A stretch of DNA of 64,000 nucleotides, taken from the NCBI GenBank assembly GCA_963806185.1, contig CAWDXE010000004.1:128001-192000 (forward strand), written 5' to 3'. Under the pieces are notes generated by a model. The model ran no database searches. It had not been told where the DNA came from and was given only the letters and a program-made list of their open reading frames with translations. The first letter of the stretch is position 1; each line of letters opens with the position of its first letter. The translations under genes were made by a program, and so were the position numbers. Below are positions 60,512 to 64,000 of this stretch, piece by piece. Source of the DNA: an uncultured candidate division Zixibacteria bacterium. Its GTDB lineage: Bacteria > Zixibacteria > MSB-5A5 > GN15 > FEB-12.

Positions 60512-63476
60512 TCGCCAAGATCGTTCCCAGCCGCCCAATCATCGCCGCCAATCGTTGTATGTGTCGCGTCTTTTGAAAACTGATCTGCGTCGCCTGATCA
60601 GTACCAGTCAACATCTGCTTGCTCAATTCGAGCGCCTTTCGGCAAAGCTGATAGCACGTTTCGTAGTCACTCTGACCAAAGAGAATCTCCGCACGCAGGA
60701 TCGACGACGATATCATTTCCGGCAGCAAGCCAGTATCGCGGGCCTCGCCGGACGCCCGGATCAGATACTCCGACGCCGGTTCGAGTTCACCAAGCCGTAA
60801 TTTCAATTCGCCCAACGAAAGCAGCGAGCGCGTAGAATCAATATGGCGCGGTGCGTTTTTCTCAGCGTTGATGAAAGAAGTCAGTCGGGGCGCAAGCGCT
60901 GTTGCCTCCGACAGGTCGTGTCGAGCGAGCGCCGATTCCATCTTTTCTATCGCAAGCGTCGAGCCAAAGTCCTTTACCTGGAGTTGTTCCGCGAGGGAGT
61001 ACGCTTCGGATTCTTCTGCCGGGGTGAAGTCGATCCTGGCTAGCGTGGTAAGGAGCGCCAATCGAGCGGGCGCCAGGCCAACGATTTCCTTTTCTTCCAT
61101 GGCGGCGCGGAGCAAGGCGGCGGCTTCAGCCGGCCGACCGAGCAGATACTGCAGTTCAGCTCGCAGTCTATAGAGGTATGCACGGATCTCTCCGTCGGAA
61201 ATCCCATTCAAGTGTCCTAGTGCGTCGTCGGCGGCTTGCAGCGCCTCGCGAATCTGACCCATGCGCACTAGAACCTGTCCCGTTTGCGTCGTAAAGGCTG
61301 CGAGGTGTGAGAGGTCACTCAAATCGAGCGCGAGACGGACGCCTTCCTTAAGATAGGCGAGGCAATCGGACAACCTGGCTGACCGGAGCATGACCAGTCC
61401 GAGGTTGTCGAGATTGAAGAGAATTTCCTTCTGATTGCCGATTTCGCGATTGAGCGCCAGCGATTCGGTGAGGTATTCGAGTGCTTCCCGGTGATATCCC
61501 TGATTATGAGCGAGGTAGCCCAGATTATTCAGCGTGCGGGCGATTTCACCTCTATCCCCGAGTTCACGTTTCAGTTTTAACGAGAGAACCATGACGGCCA
61601 GGGCGCGATCGGCGTTCCCGAGGAAGTAATATACGACGCCGAGATTCGTTACGGTAGAGGCGACATCGCGCTTGAGAGCGAGGCGGCGCTGAACGTGCAA
61701 GGCTCGACGGTAGTAACTGAGCGCCTTGCGGAAGTCGCCGGTCATCGAATGGACATTACCGAGATTGTTCGTTACATGCGATATCTCAAGACTGTTGCCC
61801 AGTCGTGTGAATATTTCCAGAGCCTTTTCGAGCGCGGTCACACCCGGCTGAAAGAGCCGTTTTGCCTTGTAGATATCGCCGAGCAGGTTGTAGGCGCGCG
61901 CGATCAGATAGTCGGGTCCGGAGTTGTTTCCGGTGATTTCCAAAAAAGCATGTTCGGCAAGCTCCGATTCGCCGGCGTCTTTGTGGATTTCGCCATGCTC
62001 GAGGAAAAGCCGGCAGACGGCCTCTGGTGATCGAGTCATGCGGCCATAGTCGATGCAGAAGTGGAGCAGCGCCTGCGCCTCGGCAAATTGATGCTTCTCT
62101 CGATACTGTTTAACCGCAGCCAGGGCACAACGTTCAGCGGATGCAAAATCACCGGTCTGGATATAGAGGCGCGCGGCATCATCGAAGGTTGATTGGCTCT
62201 CGCGATCGGCGGCCAGCTTACGTGATAGGCGCTTTATCGTTGTAACCGTCAACATGCCGCTGAACAAGTAGGAGGACAGCATGTCGGCATGGTCCGTGAG
62301 TTCATCGGGTGTCAACTGGGCACCGGCCGCGAGGATGACGGCGTTTCGTACGTCCGACTTGCGCCTTGCGAGAACTTGTCCGCGCCAGGCCTGGCTGACC
62401 TGCCGGCGAATGATTGACGGCCAGTACACGCCATTCGGAAAACGGAAGGAGGCGTTGTCGTAGGTGAGCATTCCGCGGCGCCAGTTGGCGGTGAGAATCA
62501 GTCTGGCGCTGGCAAGGCTTTCACCGGAGAGCATGAGGAAGCGTTTCATATCCCGGGCCGAGCTTGAGATGGGGCGTTCGCTGAGAGCCGCGACTGTCGA
62601 TTGTGCGGGGATCATGTGCTTTGGCTGCAGAGCCCGTTCGTAGGGATAGGACACACCGAGCTGACGCAGGCGGCTGCAAATCTCCCACCCGGATTGCGGT
62701 CGGTGGGCGGGGTCTTTGGCCATCAGTCTGCGCTACCAGATCGGACAGTTCTTCGCTCACGTCGGCTCGCAATGACGACAGCGGCGACGGATTGTCGAGA
62801 CGCACGCGGCTGGAGACCTCGACAGGGTCGGCGCCGTCCTTAAGAAATGGATGCGAACCGGATAGCATCATGTAGGCAGTGACACCCAGAGCAAAGAGAT
62901 CGGACTGATAGGAAGTATGGTTTCGGCCAGTGTTTCCGGCGCTATGTAGCCGATGGTGCCGAGACCGGCGCGAGTATCGTCTTCACTCGGTTTGCGGCCG
63001 AGGGAGAAGTCGGAGAATTTGACCCAGTGCAGATGACCGTCGTTGAGGTGTCGCCAGTCGACAGGCAGGAAGACGTTTTGCGGTTTGAAGTCGCCGTGAA
63101 TGATTCCTGCAGCGCGCAGGAACTCAAGGTCGAGTGCGATGGCCGAAATGATCGAACAGGCGACGTCTACGTCATCGAACGGCCGATCGAGTCCAGCGTC
63201 GGACCGGGGCAGAGTTCGAGTAACAGATAGTTGCCGGCAGTTCTCATGTTCCAGGATTCGTACCAGGCCGGGAAAGGCGTAAGACCGCCGATGAGCGTTT
63301 GTTCGCGGAGAGCGAGATGGTGAATTTCGGGCGGGAGAGTGTCGGAAATCGAGCGGATACTTAAGCGCCGCGTCACGATTCAGGTGAGGCGCGAAGACCC
63401 GCACAACTTCTGCCGTCCCCCCGCGACCGAGCCGGTCCTTGATTTGAAACCGGGACTGATCGAACGTCCTGTTCAT
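60492..63476 (-). CDS. Ser/Thr protein kinase with C-terminal TPR array (several indels in the kinase part)
   Basis: LGRGGTAEV, AALK, HGDFKPQN, SDFSLG, GTIGYIAPE and HPF...KDP-RP across frames; repeated NNLG/NLG TPR units. Confidence 0.8.
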
Positions 63477-63484
63477 AATTCCTA

Positions 63485-64000
63485 TTACGCCTGACGTAGT
63501 CTGGTGAACCCGCGGCAGAATCAGGCGGAAGGTCGTGCCTTCGACCGGCGATCGACGAAACTTCCAGCTTTGCCGCCGTGCTGTTCGACAATCTTCCGGC
63601 AGTTGTACAAGCCGAGCCCGTGACCACCCTTCTTGGTGGTGAAGTGCAGGGTGAAGATCCGATCGAGTACTTCCTTGGGCATGCCGCAACCGTTGTCGGA
63701 ATCTCGACGAGATTTGATCGGCGTGCTGGTCATGGCGCCGGCGTTGATCGAAATCTGCCGGTGGAACTTCCTGATTCGGGTCGGGCAACTGCGCTGACCC
63801 GGTCGCCGATGGCGTCGGCGGCGTTATTGAGCAGGTTGATCATGCACCTGCTGTATCTGGCCGACGTCGATTTCGGCGGTTGGCAATTCGGGCGGCAGAT
63901 TGATGTTGAAATTGCACCAGCTTGAAACTCGGCTGGATGCGCAGCGAGAAACAGCAGGTCATCGATGAGGTGCTTGAGTCGTAGCTGACGAATTCCGACT
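63485..64000 (-). CDS. C-terminal HATPase_c domain of a sensor histidine kinase (partial, indel-ridden)
   Basis: INLLNNAADA (N box), DNGCGM (G1), IF-FTTKKGGHGLGL (F/G2) and GTTFRLILP across frames. Confidence 0.75.

Noticed and set aside
1..64000. tRNA, rRNA, integrase, transposase or prophage genes
   Set aside because: None recognised by eye; tRNAscan-SE/Infernal would be needed to exclude RNA genes formally.

Overview
A ~58-60% GC bacterial chromosome segment (GC judged by eye). It is most likely from an FCB-group diderm such as Zixiibacteriota, inferred from the duplicated Cys-rich dockerin-like tail and the YPNP/FlgD-type tail on secreted proteins. Most of it is housekeeping: aceK, an iorAB-buk-ptb-ptb fermentation operon, manC/SPOR/tsaC/LMW-PTP, ftcD, an S-component/beta-barrel pair, a complete nuoA-N operon, uvrB, rplU-bamA-skp-lpxD, ssb and nadE-rsmI-PAP2-lgt-SPFH. 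Many genes carry small indels that look like long-read consensus errors. Highlights that the ORF track misses or hides: (1) a 25-aa LEERIAP-leader peptide gene (60380-60457) directly behind an RRE/PqqD-M50 peptidase-membrane-fusion-protein hybrid, converging on a Ser/Thr-kinase-TPR protein and a histidine kinase, which is a candidate peptide processing/signalling cassette; (2) a glutaredoxin-like UXX-star selenoprotein with a SECIS-like hairpin between nuoM and nuoN; (3) a bacterial Janus/PHPT1-like phosphohistidine phosphatase candidate; (4) four intergenic mosaics of palindromic repeats, one of which coincides with an apparent GC-skew flip near 56.7 kb. All family assignments come from motif recognition by eye; no searches were run.
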